Assembly: GCA_907165135.1 (NCBI GenBank)
Contig: OU015566.1
Span: 8,308,001 to 8,372,000 of the forward strand
DNA length: 64,000 bases
Direction of reading: 5' to 3'
Origin: Oikopleura dioica
Taxonomy: Eukaryota > Animalia > Chordata
Positions 11,117 to 23,551 of the stretch are shown here, in pieces. The notes under the pieces are model-generated. The model searched no databases. It was given only the letters and a program-made list of their open reading frames with translations, and was not told the origin of the DNA. Within the stretch, counting starts at the first letter, position 1. Every line of letters starts with the position of its first letter. Position numbers and translations under genes: made by a program.

Positions 11117-11596
11117 TTATTTCGAGGAAAATCTGTTGTTTTCAATATTTTCGCGGTGTGTTTCAAGAACTGCAGTCAGAATTGCTCTTCTTTTTGCATT
11201 CGATGATTCAACGACGTCGTATAGAACTTTGCTCTTTTGTTCCAACTGGAGAATGTGTTCGTTTTCAACCTTCATCTCGGGACCAAAGTCTGACTTAATA
11301 ATCGACTTACTCTCTAAGAAGAAAGAAAGGGCGCTACTAACGAATCTGAAAAGAAGACCCTTCGTATCCTCCCTCTTTTCCATGACAAAGCCGTGCCAAT
11401 GCTCTCCCGGGTGATTTATTCGAAGATAATTTACATAACCAACGTTATTTCGAGAAACGCACTTTTCAATCTTCCCAACCAAATAAAATTTCTCGCCGTT
11501 TTTCTGCGCAATTTTCAACTGAGCTTTCTTATCGCTTTTACTCAGCAGGTGTTTTTCAAGAGTTCCTTGTTTGAAAAGTGCTAAGCCACGATTCAT
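11117..11596 (-). CDS. Orphan A: cold-shock/OB-fold-like protein
   Basis: ORF with GYVNYLRINHPGEHWHGFV..DFGPEM..KVLYDVVE..AILTAV. A probable in-frame 45-nt intron improves the alignment with B. Confidence 0.6.
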   Translation of the reverse strand: MNRGLALFKQGTLEKHLLSKSDKKAQLKIAQKNGEKFYLVGKIEKCVSRNNVGYVNYLRINHPGEHWHGFVMEKREDTKGLLFRFVSSALSFFLESKSIIKSDFGPEMKVENEHILQLEQKSKVLYDVVESSNAKRRAILTAVLETHRENIENNRFSSK

Positions 11597-11764
11597 TCTG
11601 AATCGTAACTAAAAGTTAACGGTAACGCCTGTTTGTAGCTTATAAGAACTGTCCTAATAAGTTCTTATAATTTTGATCTTTTACTGAACTTGTTTGACGT
11701 GTTTATTTCGTGAGAGCTTGAAAAGTTTTACAAATAAATAGTTTTTTTCCTAGAGACGCTTCTT

Positions 11765-13402
11765 TTATGCGACTTCGGTCGAAAGCATATCAGCCATTTC
11801 AGTTCCGTGACCGTGGCTGGGATGAGGCTCGTTCACGACGATAAGACTGTTGGTGTTTGGCATGTGGTGTCCCATCTTGAAGGACATTGGGCCGGCAGGG
11901 GTCATGTAAGTGTCACAGGCTTCGGACAGGATGGGCGATTCACCAGTAGGACCAGCTCGGTGTCGGGCAGGGGCCTGACCTTTTCGACGGTTTCAAAATT
12001 GCTTATCTTTCGAGAAAAAGTCGCCGAAACGCAGGGCGACCAATTAATTGGTACAGGGCCCTTTAATGCCCCATAACTCAACTTTTACTTTATGGTAGAA
12101 AAAAATGAACCCCCACTTATGGAGCTACTTTTTATCGAGGAATTTGATTCCGGTGTCAGAAAAAATTTTTTTTGAAAATTTTTGATTTTAGCTATTGAAC
12201 AAAGTTTTGAACTCTGATATATAATATATTCTTTCAACAATAAATCGCCATTACGTCGTAATTCGGCACATTTGGAAATACGCATATTTACTCATATTTA
12301 TGTTATGATATGAATATAATATGGGGATGAAATTGAAGCTAAGCGTCTGAGAATTATTTATCTGTATCATTTATTCAGTAGACTTATCAGTTTCATTGTT
12401 AAAAAGGGGTAAAAGGGGCGTACCAATTAATTGGTACGATCTGCGTTCCACCTTGAAAAAATTTTATGCGTTCCGGCGTTAAGAATAAAGATGAACCGTT
12501 CCTTGAGAGCCAAGGTACAATCCAGTGGTTCCCCAGTTGAAGTCTCTGGCACCAGATCGACCGGCATAACCTTCCTTGGCCTGCTGCATTTGTTGCCAGA
12601 CTTCGAGGAATTCGAGCTCAGTGTTGGACCACGCTCGGTTTTTGTAATCTCCATACTAGAATCAGCGTTAGAATCTAAATTATTTGAGAAATATATACCT
12701 CGTTCATAGAAGCTTGATGCTTATCATAAGAAGTAGTGATGCCAATTCTGTTGTTGAACCAGGAGTGGATAATGTATCTATCAAAGCGTTTACACTACCG
12801 ATAAAGAAGATAGACAAGGTTTACCCGTAAAGCCAGAAAAGAACCATTTCAAGGTAGAGAATCCATCCCTGCTTGTATTTCCAGAAACCGTAGATGTGAA
12901 GGTGACCATCGTAAATTCGGTGGAATCTGTGGAAGTGAGTCCAGTCGTGCATACCGATGATTTCACCAAAGTTTCGCTTGTGTTTCTGGATATCCCACTC
13001 GTAGTAAAAGTCTTTGTTGTGATAGGCCTCTTCGGCGACGGTGGGGTAGTCACCACCGTAAGCGCCACCGTAGGTGATGGACATGGGAACGTAATCCTAA
13101 TCAAGAATTTTACCCTGGTGTTGCTAATATAAAGTAAGGCTTACCTCAGGAAGAATATCGTATTTCTTGGCTTTCTCAGCGATGACATCAGGAGTAAGGT
13201 CAGTTTCGGTGAGGACAAAGGGAGAAGGCCGTTGCGATTCCGAAAGGATGTAGGCAGCTTCGATGAATTGTCGAGGGACAGCGTCGTCTCCCTCGTGGAA
13301 CTCACCGCCAGGGCCCTTGACTCGCTGCGAGACGGAGAGGACTCGCTGAGGGACGCCCGTGACTGTCCTGTATACTAACAGTCTCATTCTGAATTGTGGC
13401 AT
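11765..13402 (-). CDS. NDUFB8: NADH dehydrogenase 1 beta subcomplex subunit 8, C-terminally extended
   Basis: AKKYDILPE|DYVPM..GGAYGGDYP..YYEWD..RNFGE matches the NDUFB8 AAKKYN..EDYEPY..GYGDYP..WYSWD..NWGE pattern, followed by a TM helix. The last exon (11765-11979) is inferred. Confidence 0.8.
12028..12447. mobile_element. Degenerate foldback/MITE relic
   Basis: Imperfect ~28-bp inverted ends AACGCAG..CG.ACCAATTAATTGGTAC, AT-rich interior, no clear TSD. Confidence 0.5.
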
Positions 13403-14040
13403 TTGTAGGTGATTATAATTGATTGTTGCCAAAGACCTGAGAGTACTTGTGAGTAAGATATAGATAATTTGAGATCGAAGTACATGTTATCATTTAATTT
13501 GGAATATAATTGTGCGAGATAATACAAGTATCATCTCCTCTTGAATTTGCCCTTATCAAAAGAACTATTTGACTAACCATTTAGTCATGTTGTTATAAAT
13601 TAAAAGCCTGCTGTTCTTTGATAGTAACTTGATTTAATATCCTGCTTTCAGATGTTTACAAGACGGGAATCTTTACTGATGTTTGAATAAATACTTTTTA
13701 ATTACTTAGGAGTCATACAGACAAAATGAATACATAACGATTGGTTTCTTATCAAGCAACTTTAAACTTGTAAAGCAGGCGTTTTCGTAGAGAAGTAAGG
13801 TGCTCAAGTGCATATTTGTATGCACCAAGAGTTGACACTGACAGGGATAGTAGTTGGTTGTGTTGTTAAATAAAGAACTGGCAAAAATCTCTGGCCACAG
13901 GTGTAAATTCTGGGATAATTTAAAAGATTATCTTCTTATATCACATGTTTACGGGCAGCGAAGTTAAATAGAACGGTTGAACTTGAAATTTTTTGATTGC
14001 AGAAAATGAATGAGAACGGGACTTGAATTTTTGAACGGGT

Positions 14041-15853
14041 TTACTTCATTGTAGGCATGGCGACTTCAGCCTTGAGCTCGGTGGCATCTTCGGCTCTCCA
14101 GAGTTCGGTGATGGTCTAAAATTTAATTTAGTAAAGTCTCAGAGAGAGGTGAAAGGGGATTACGTAAGGGTTGTTACTCACCTTGAGCTGGGTGTAGAAA
14201 TGGACACCGGCCTTGCCGTAGAAGTTGTGACCAGAGCCGACGTAAGATTTTTTGTTACCGGTGAAGGAGAACATTGGAAGAGGAACTGGAATTGGGACAT
14301 TGATTCCGACCTGGAAATATGAAATTAATTGAAAGGGATGACGGTTTCCTACCTGTCCAGCCTGAATCTCATGCTGGAACTTTCGAGCTGTGGCACCGTT
14401 GTTGGTGAAGATGGCGGTACCATTACCCCACTGGTTGCTGTTAACAAGGGCGATGGCTTCGTCAAGAGTTTCGGCTTCGACGGTGCAGAAAACGGGGCCG
14501 AAGATCTCTTCCTCGTAAGCTCGCATGCCGGGCTTGCAACCAGTGATGATGGTTGGGCCGACGAAGTTACCCTTCTCGTAGCCAGGAACGGTAGTGTTTC
14601 GGCCATCGAGGAGGAGGTGGCAGCCGTCAGCAACGGACTAGAGTCGAAGTAAAAATAAGAAAGATCGAAAAATTGTACCTGGGTGATAACTCCTTCGATG
14701 TATTCCTTCGCCTGTGGAGAAATAACTGGTCCTACATCGACACCCGCCTCGTGTCCGGGGCCGCACTTAAGATCCTTGGCCATCTCGAGCAAGTCTGGGA
14801 TCCATTCTCGAGCTTCTCCGACGAAGATACCGACTGGTAGGGCCATGCATCGCTGACCAGCAGCTCCAAAAGCGGCACCGACGAGCTGGTTGAGAGTGGC
14901 GTTCTTGTTGGCATCGGGCATGATGATACCGTGGTTCTTGGCACCCATGTTGGACTGGACTCGCTTGCCGTTGCCTCCAGCAGCTCGGTTGTTGATGTGT
15001 TCACCAGCGCCGTTACCACCAACGAAGGAGACGGCTCGGATGTGCTCATTGTCGCAGATGAAGTTGACGCAGTCGTGAGAGCCGTGAACGGTGTTCAGGC
15101 AGCCAGCTGGAAGACCAGAGTCGATCAAAAGCTGAGCAAGAAGAGTAGAAGCACCAGGAACTCGCTCAGATGGCTTCATGATGAAGGTGTTTCCGCACAT
15201 GAGCGCAACTGGGTACATCCAGAGGGGAATCATAGCGGGAAATTGAATGGGCACACGCCAGCAACGACACCGAGCGGTTCTCGGTACGATTTGATGTCGA
15301 GGTCCTTGGAGAGACCCTGGAGGGTTTCGCCCTTTAGAGATTACACAAGATTATCTTCAGATTAATTGAGAATAAGAAATGGATGTTATCTTTTGTAAAT
15401 CTTTCCTGCATAAGAGAGGGAATTCCACAGGCGTGTTCGACAACCTGAAGACCTCGGTGAACATCACCTTCGGCATCGGCGAGAGTTTTGCCCTGTTCTT
15501 TGGTGATGAGCTTGGCCACTTCGGTCTTGTTCTCCTTGATGAGCTGCTGGTACTTGAGCATGATCTGTTGTCTTGAGAGGATGGAGGTTTCCTTCCAGCT
15601 TTTGTATGCTTCGGCGGAGGATTCAGCCACGGCGTTCATCTCCGAAAGGGGCATTTTTGGAACTTCGCAGACGACTTCCTTTAGGAAATGTCTTGAGCAA
15701 AGAGAGATTTTTGTTGATGAATACCTGGGTAGCTGGGTTGTGGACGGGAATGTATTCGGTGGCAGCCGATTCTCTCCACTCATTGTTGAGAAGGTACTTG
15801 AGTCGACCTTCGTAAAGGGATGCTCGTCGGACTCCGTGGCTAAGGCGAAGCAT
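14041..15853 (-). CDS. ALDH6A1: Methylmalonate-semialdehyde dehydrogenase, mitochondrial
   Basis: [85 protein letters not shown]-terminal AMPTMK*. Confidence 0.98.
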
Positions 15854-16182
15854 TTCCAACAGTCTTAAAATAATAACATCGAATAATTAAAATATATAAG
15901 CAATTCTCTGGTATCTTCACTCATGTTTCCTCTCAAAAGTAATTATAACAGAAAAAGTGACAATCGCGCTGCTTTAGTGACTCTGTTGAGATTGCAAAAA
16001 GGCTATAAAAATTGATGCTAGGCCATTCTAGAGCATTTTTAGACGGGCAACGCCCTTTTCCCTCATCTAAAAAGGAACCAGCGCTGATTGGTCGGTTGAT
16101 CTCCATTCTCCGCGACGCGCCGCGCTCAATTTCGTTTCACAAATTCGCTCAATTTTTCGCTTATTTTTGTCTTCAAAAGAGG

Positions 16183-17151
16183 ATGGAGAAAATGGATTAC
16201 TCAGAGGTTTCAGAGGCAGAAGAAGAGCAGATGGATTCAACGGAAGAGATGCCTAGAAAAAGAGAACTTCTGCAATCTGCGTTGCTTTCGATGGAACATA
16301 ATTTCGCCGTCACGAAACAGATGCTTTTCAAGGAAAAACATCAGTTTTACGAAAAGAAACTCAAAGAGCTCAGAGGTATGACAACTTTCAATAGATATCG
16401 AAAGAAAAACCCTTCTTCCGCTTTCAAACTATTTTTGCTTCGAAAATCGACGTTTTCTCTCTTTCTCTTTTCGAAAGTTTATTTTTGCGCCGGCAAAAGC
16501 TCGCCACGACCTTGATTCAATGCCGAATTCAGTCAGATATTTTCAAGGCAATCTTTTCTATCACTCAAGTCTATTATTCAGATCCTGCCAAGAAAAGCGC
16601 CGAATTGAGCGCAAAAATTCGCGATCTGGAGAAAGATATTTCTGCGCGAAAAAAGTACATCATCAGCATGAAGGAACACAAATTAAAACAGATTTCGACT
16701 TGGAGCAAAGCGGAAATTCTAGCGATTGAGCAAACTGCTGCGAATAAGAAAAAATTAGGTAGATTGCCTTTTCTTCTGGCTCCTACTCATCGTTAATTTA
16801 TTGTAGAAAAGCAACGACTAGCGGATAAGCTGGAAGGAAAGCTCTTCGAACTCAGGGAAAGTCTCAAGAAATCGCGGAAGACGAAATTCGCCTTTCCGAT
16901 CGCGAAAAAGAAGAGACGAAACTCCATGGCTGAGCTTCCTTGTAAGAAAATTTTCCAGTTAATTTTCTTAATCCTAATTTCCAGCCATCGTTTATCATCT
17001 GACAGACAACGAGATCGACACTGATCTTCAAGCGTTCCGGAAGATCGCCAAGGCCAGCGGTCGAAAGCGCGTTTCAAGCACTGCCAATTCAAAAAATTCA
17101 ACTACTGAAAATGTTATTACTCTCGAATGCTCTGGTATTGATATGCTATAA
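16183..17151 (+). CDS. SUDS3: Sds3/BRMS1-family Sin3-HDAC subunit
   Basis: Acidic N-terminus, coiled coil KQMLFKEKHQFYEKKLKEL, and PAIVYHLTDNEIDTDLQAFRK (family motif PYIVYML...EDW..IKK). Divergent from ALDH6A1, ~330 bp apart. Confidence 0.75.
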
Positions 17152-17255
17152 AAATAAAGAACTCACAAATTCTATTCAAAGGGGGATCGTTAATCATTTG
17201 TGAAAACAATTATGGCGGGCCTAAGTGTGCGTTTATTCTTGGATAATTTGAGAAA

Positions 17256-18544
17256 ATGAGATCTTTCACTACTTTTTTAATTTCCTTTTTCTCTTCTGCA
17301 AACAGTCAAGGCATGTCAACTCAGTCGTGAAATAGGAGCTATTATTTTTCAATTATCAGGTTGCTACTCTGGCTATCGATTCAATGCCAACACGAATTGG
17401 CCTCTCAAAATACCGGTAACGAGCACGGATGTTACTCGAGACGATGGAACTACTGTAAATCTGCCATTTCCGGACTTACCTGACACTGGGCTCGGCAACC
17501 TGTGTTGAAAACCTGAGTCAGGGCCTGAAAGACTAAAGAAGCGATCTCTCAGATCCTGAGTCAGGTTTTCCACACAGGTTGTCGAGCTCAGTCCTGACCA
17601 GAACCCAGAGTTCAGTCTATTCGAGGACTTCAAAGACCCCCTTTCTCAAGATCTTCCAGTTAACCTGACCGAGAATCTAAGCCCAACAGCTTCTATGTTG
17701 AACTCGACTTACAGATGGGACGCTCATGCTCAGGTTTGCTTCTTCATCCTTGATTTCAATTGTTCGATTTTTATCATAAAGGTTAATGGAAAACAGGCAT
17801 ATTCGGCAAATTTGGACTCAAGTACTCTAAGAAAGGCCGATAAAAAGTATATATTGATTTGACGTCTGCTGATTTGAAGCCTGCTAAAGTGAGTATTGGC
17901 TCTATGCAAAGTCATGCACAGACTTGGGCTGCGAGTGGCATATCTGCATCGGCAGAGATTGCTATAAAGATCAAGCTGGTGGCTATGTAATGAATAAGAA
18001 CAAAAGACCTTGTCCGCATTTGTTTAATTCCACGGAAACCTGGCTTGAATTTCCAGCGATCAATGATGGAACCATAGCTGGAAAGAAAAGACTCCGAAAT
18101 AAAAAAACAGCATTATTTTCAAATAATAAAGGAGTCTTTCGATAGCTTTTCTCATTTTCTGAAGATGAACGGGAGCTCTTTGAGCGTCCAGATTTGAGCG
18201 CAGAAAGGTGCGTCCAATCTTTTTTCATAAAAAGATCTTTCTTTTTCAGCCACGTCCAGTACTTTATAGAAGCATCAGATAGACTGCAGAATGAGGAAAC
18301 GACGTTTATTCAAAAATGGGTGAATGAACGAGTGCCAAACGATTTGAAAGCCCAGCCAAGCTGGAAATTCGTCTCCATCTTCATCACTTGCTGGCATGTT
18401 CTATTTGGGTTCTTCTACTGCTTTTTAATCTATCTTACTCTTCGGTAATTTCTGATTTATCGAGCTATCTGCGATGACGTTTTCAGATCCCGGCTTGATA
18501 GAAAAAACATCAAAAGAGAAGCCAAAATATCGCTCAACTCTTTG
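17256..18544 (+). CDS. Orphan secreted/single-pass membrane protein interrupted by a foldback element
   Basis: Signal-like MRSFTTFLISFFSSANSQ; exon 17360-17732 is open once the insertion is removed; later exons include CEWHIC and a TM segment (FITCWHVLFGFFYCFLIYL). The exon chain is partly uncertain. Confidence 0.45.
17485..17592. mobile_element. 108-bp palindromic (foldback) element with 6-bp TSD
   Basis: 48-bp arms (41 Watson-Crick, 3 G-T, 4 mismatches) around a 12-nt loop; CCTGAC immediately on both sides (17479-17484, 17593-17598). Confidence 0.85.
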
Positions 18545-18905
18545 AAATGAAAATGAACCTGCTATTAAAACTAAACACTTGAGATTTTCTTTTGTATTGT
18601 TTGATTTGAAATATTGTACAGCTAGAAATGTATATCAATAGAAATAGAATAAAAACTGGGCGCCGAAATAGAATTTGGTGAATAAATTGATTATTTGCGT
18701 GACAAATAAACGACTAATTTAGCGGTCTTTTGGAGACAAGAAATTTGGCATTTTCGGCTTATAAAAACTAAGACGCTTGAATTCCAACATGAAATTATGT
18801 AAGAGAAACGAAAGAGTCTTAGTTTTCAAGATTTTGATATTCAAAAACTGATCAAACATGAACTTCAAAATAATTAAATTGAACAAATAACTCGTAGTAA
18901 AGCGA

Positions 18906-19977
18906 CTAGAGCAAAAGGAGAGCGCCAAGAATAGTTGGGAGCAAAAAGGTGAAGGTGTTCATTTGTCCGGAGGAGCTTGGACTTTTGGTTGTTGTTGCTT
19001 TTTGAGTAGTGGAAGATGCAGTTGATGAGTTGTCTGGAGCTGCGGTCGTTGTTGTTGTGTTGGCATCAGCAGTTGGGTCATCGTTTGGCTTCTCGGTGAC
19101 TCCATCTTCAAGGACTTCGGTATCGCCAACGTCTTCTTCTGTGTCTGAATGAGCGATAATTAAATTGACGCTTTCATGAAAAAGCTAATTTAATAAAAAT
19201 CGGTCGGCTGAGGCATTTTTCCTTTTCGAAAGCGATTCGAAATTTCACGGCGGTGGATGAACGTGACGCGCCACCGCTAGAATCTAAAGCCCAGAGGTCA
19301 AATGACCGCGATTCTGAGCTTCTTCTAATCTTTCTTAGGTTTCTAATAAAACGGTATTCAATTTTACATAATAACAAAAAAAGGTTGGACCAGTCTTGAC
19401 CGGTCCAATCTGGTTGGTGCTTTTTTTCCAGCGCTGCCTGTCAGAATAGTGATGCAGCACTGGAATGAGCATCTCGTGTTTATTTTCGATACGTGAGAAG
19501 GCTTATTTCAGTTACTTCAGATTCAAGCCTTGGTTATGATAACTTTCTTTCTTCGCTGAGAAAAAATTTCACCTTCTCTAGTAAAACGTGAAAAGCTGAT
19601 CCTTATCAATCAATCTTGTGACAACAAAAGACTCTGACAGATTAAAAAGTGGCCACTTACCGGTGGAGGAGGTGCTGGCACTCTCTTCAACTGTAGAAGA
19701 CGTTTCAGGTTCGATTTTGTTGACTTCTTCTTCAATTTGATCATCAACACCGCTGCCTTCCGTTTCTATTTGACGAGCAAACCTAAAATATATTTTTTAT
19801 TTTCAGGGATCAATCAATGGATTAATTTCATTTTTTTTTTTAAAGGCCTTTCAAAATCCCTGCATACCTAGCCAAAAGTCCAACATCTTCGTAGTCGACC
19901 TTCGCCAGGTCGATATGATCATCGTTGAAGATGAGCGCCGCCTGCGCGACCGTCAACAAAGCAAAAATTCCCTTCAT
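18906..19977 (-). CDS. Small acidic/Thr-Ser-rich GPI-type surface protein
   Basis: Signal peptide MKGIFALLTVAQA; acidic and T/S-rich exons; hydrophobic end FTFLLPTILGALLLL*. Confidence 0.7.
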
Positions 19978-20779
19978 CTTTTACGTAATTTTTCTCTTAG
20001 TCTTGTTTTTAACTCTTCTTCTTGAACTTAACGGTTAGAATGTGCTGACCTTATTCTGAGAGGCTCTGTCGTTTTCCTTCTTGCGCTACTTTGCCGCTTC
20101 ATCCCCCGCTTTCTGCGCTGCCTGGCGCCACCACGCGCCCCTGTCGATCCGACCTCCTGGATTAGTTGAATGCACGTTGAATTTGGTAAGTTCCTCAAGC
20201 ATTTATCCTTATTCATTTACAAAAAAGCTTAGATCTCGATTTATTTTTTCTTTGATCGATATGCGATATTCATGCTTTATTTCTCTTGCAAATCTTTTAG
20301 CAAATCATCATCCTAAATTTAGACAATATTTGGATGGCAAGGATTTTATATTTCTTATTGCGCCACTTAATCGAGTGCTAATTGACTTTGGAATTGTTTA
20401 GATGCAATTCGCAAGAGTGCAATGATTCCGAAGACGACTGCATGGAATGACCCCGGGCTTTCGTCAGGAACGGAATTGCCCGGGCGTATTCTGACAAGTA
20501 CTTAGATCTCGCTACGCAGCCAGGCCCTAGGCAAAGTTCTGTCTATTCTCGGGTCAAGACCTAGTAACATGGCGATTCATACAGAAAATAGAAAACATTT
20601 CCATTTTCAACTTGTGATTCACGATTTTTAGCACTGATGGTGTCTATTTCTTCCTATACAAAGATGAATATGAGCTAAATGAATTGTCGGAGGGAATATT
20701 CCACCCGGTATATGACTAAATGATAGATAAAAAAAGCTATTTTCACATGCGATTAATTGTTGATTTACCCGTGTGAAAA

Positions 20780-23551
20780 GTCATACCGTCAAAATTGTTT
20801 CGTATCGCAGAACAGGGAAGAATCTTTCCGGAAGATCTCATCAGACGATCTCTGTGAAAATTGAATGTCTTTTATTCATTTATTCAAAATAATTCTACAG
20901 CTGGGGATATTCTATACACAGGCCCATTCTTTAAATTTGTCAAAAATTCTTCAGCGGGTAGATTCTTCGCATCTTTCAGTCCAATCTAAAAGAAAGTCAA
21001 CACTGAAGCGATTGACAACTGTTGTTGACCTTGATGTATTTATTGATGAGTTCGGCATTGATTCCAGGATCGACGGACATAAAAGCAATCTTTGCTTCAG
21101 CAGGGCCAACAGAGTCTATTCCTTCTAATTGGACGGAAAGCTGCTCGACGTAGATATCTTTCTCCTTTTCGTCTTGTTCTGCAAGAAGGGACATCATTTT
21201 TGATGGCTCACCGTTTGGACCATTTTCAAAGAGCTCTCCATAGTAGAACTGAAAATAGAGCGATTTTTATTTCTGTCTGACTAATCTTTGCTTGAATTAT
21301 GAGTAGAAAAACGGCTAAAAACGAGAAGCTGCTTGCGGCTTAGAGCAAGAGAAAAATTTAGCCGCATTAGTCAGAAAGACATGAGAATAGCGTTATGGTA
21401 TTCACGTAGTGCAATTATTACAAATACCAATTATAACAAATATAAATAGGTATTTATGTGCTATAATTTAAAATTATAGCCTAATAATAGCATTATAAAG
21501 CAATTTATCCTGGATAAAATCAATGAGTCTATTTATATTCAACACAAATGTATTAATTTAAAGTACCTTATCTTCCTCCGCAAATTGAGCAATTATCTCC
21601 ATGTGCTCGTCGGGCTTCAATTTGAAAAGCTTTCGAAGCTCTACTTTCAAGTCGAAGACAAGAACATATCCTTTCTTGTGTTTGTCGACGTTTTGAAGTG
21701 CTTGAAAGAATCAATTGTTCTTAGGCATGATTTGCATCAATTTTACCGGAAAGAAGATTGGATGATTGCTCCACAATTCTTTTGAACCCTTGCTCCGGCT
21801 TTAACCCCGCTAGAATCTCGTAGAAATCGGTGATATGAGGTAAGTCTGCGTATTTTTCTGCTGCTGCTCGAAGCGAATGGCCGAAATCGAGAGCATAGAA
21901 GTTGAATTTCTTCGACAAAAAATTCTTGACAAAGATGTCGATTTTGTCAACTTCGTCGTCATTTTCTGCAAGTCGTTCTTTCCAAATTTCCTCCTTGATT
22001 TCATTGCAATCTTCGATAGTTAGCTATGCATGATTCTAAATCATTGAAATTGCTTGATAAACATCTAGATTGGTATAAAATCGCTCCTTAAGATTTTTGA
22101 CTTCTTTTCGCTCCTCACTTGCCAAAAACGCAGGCAAATCGCTTTGATCCTCCTTGAATAATTTAAAATGAAAAGTTATTGAATCAAGTACTTACTGGCA
22201 AAGTGAAATAATCCTTTTCCGTATTATCCCGGCTTTTTGTTAGTTCATCCAGCAGATGTTTTGTTCGGGCATCGGATGAAAGTTCGGGATCGCCAAATTT
22301 TTCGTCGAAGGTTTTTTCATAAATTGCTTCCCAGTCGGGTCTGAAATTGGATAATTTATTGAAAACTACGATCATGTCGATAAAGAGCAATTCTTGACAT
22401 GTAACGCCTTCTAAAATATGTCAATCGATTGTATGAAAATGAGATAAAAAATATCAAAGAAAAAGAATTACAAGTTTTTATCAAAGAAACATACCTTGGA
22501 GTACCAGTTCTTTTCAATTCATTGCGTTCAATAACAACTTCGTTTCTTTCCTTTTCGACACTGTCATACGTCGACTTCAGGACAGAAAAGTTGCCACTCA
22601 ATTCAGAAAGATCCTTTTTCAAAGCCTCGAGTTCTTGATTTGCATCTTTCAAGTTGTTCTCCGCTGTTTCCCAGAGTTTTCTGGGGACGACGTCGTTGTA
22701 CTCAGCTTTGATGGTTGCGAGCTCTTCGCGGGCAAGAGCCAGGTCTTTGCGAGCTTGATCGCGGGCAATTTCCAGATGAACGGGGTCTTTTGTTTCAATT
22801 TTGTCTTCCTTTATAATGTTAAGTACAGTATCAGCAACGTTTCGATTAAATAATAATTTGAACATTTCCTTTCTTTGTTCCTCCTGTGTTCTGCTGTTCA
22901 AATCAGTAATCAAAAGTCGCCTCGATGCTTTTTCTTCCAAAAACTGTTCGTACAAAGTCCCCATGTCCTCCTTCAACTTTCTGATGATTTCTTCTTGGTC
23001 CAACCGACTCAATTCGGATTTTTTTAGGTCAGCCTGAATTTCTTTCTTTTCGCGCTCATTTTCTTTTTTGACGCTCTTTAACTCTTCAAAGTACTCAATC
23101 ATCGCTTGATCTTTTTCGTCTGCTAACCGAGCTAGAGTCGACTTGAGCATTGGAATTTCTTCCGCTTGTTCCAATAGAGAATGAAAGACACTGAGGATAG
23201 ATTATTAGACTGACTTTATGAACGTACTTGTCGTATGCATTTTTGATTGAAGCCAAAGCAGGTTTAATCGCCTTCACTTGGAAAAATGACAAAAATAGGT
23301 CTCAAACTAAAAAATTCTAAGAAATCATTTTTCCCTTCCTTCGCGTATTATCCTATTCAGGGCAGTCTGATGGGGCCCTAAAAGTGCCACTGGATCTGCT
23401 TTCTTCGACGTACTCTTTAGAAGACGGACTTCTCTTTGCAACTCGAGATTGATTTTTCGAGGATATTTATACTTCCCATTTTTGTGGATCAAAATTTTAA
23501 CGGAGAAAAAGCACAAGAAACGAGATAAAAACTGAACGCTCTCGTTTCCAT
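20780..23551 (-). CDS. TSNAXIP1: Translin-associated factor X-interacting protein 1 (cilia/germline coiled-coil)
   Basis: KPALASIKNAYDKY, RRLLITDLN, DPVHL..ARKDL..EYNDVVPRK, GTPRPDWE resemble TSNAXIP1 motifs. Both ends approximate. Confidence 0.75.

Noticed and set aside
11117-11166. Overlap of ORFs A and B suggesting a programmed frameshift
   Set aside because: B has its own acceptor and ATG at 11088, downstream of the A stop; the overlap comes from a TTG start call.
17506-17508. In-frame TGA as selenocysteine or readthrough
   Set aside because: It lies inside a TSD-flanked insertion and no SECIS was recognised.
21276-21375. Nested inverted repeats (10 bp and 8 bp) in a TSNAXIP1 intron
   Set aside because: Asymmetric spacing, short AT-rich arms and no TSD; compatible with chance.
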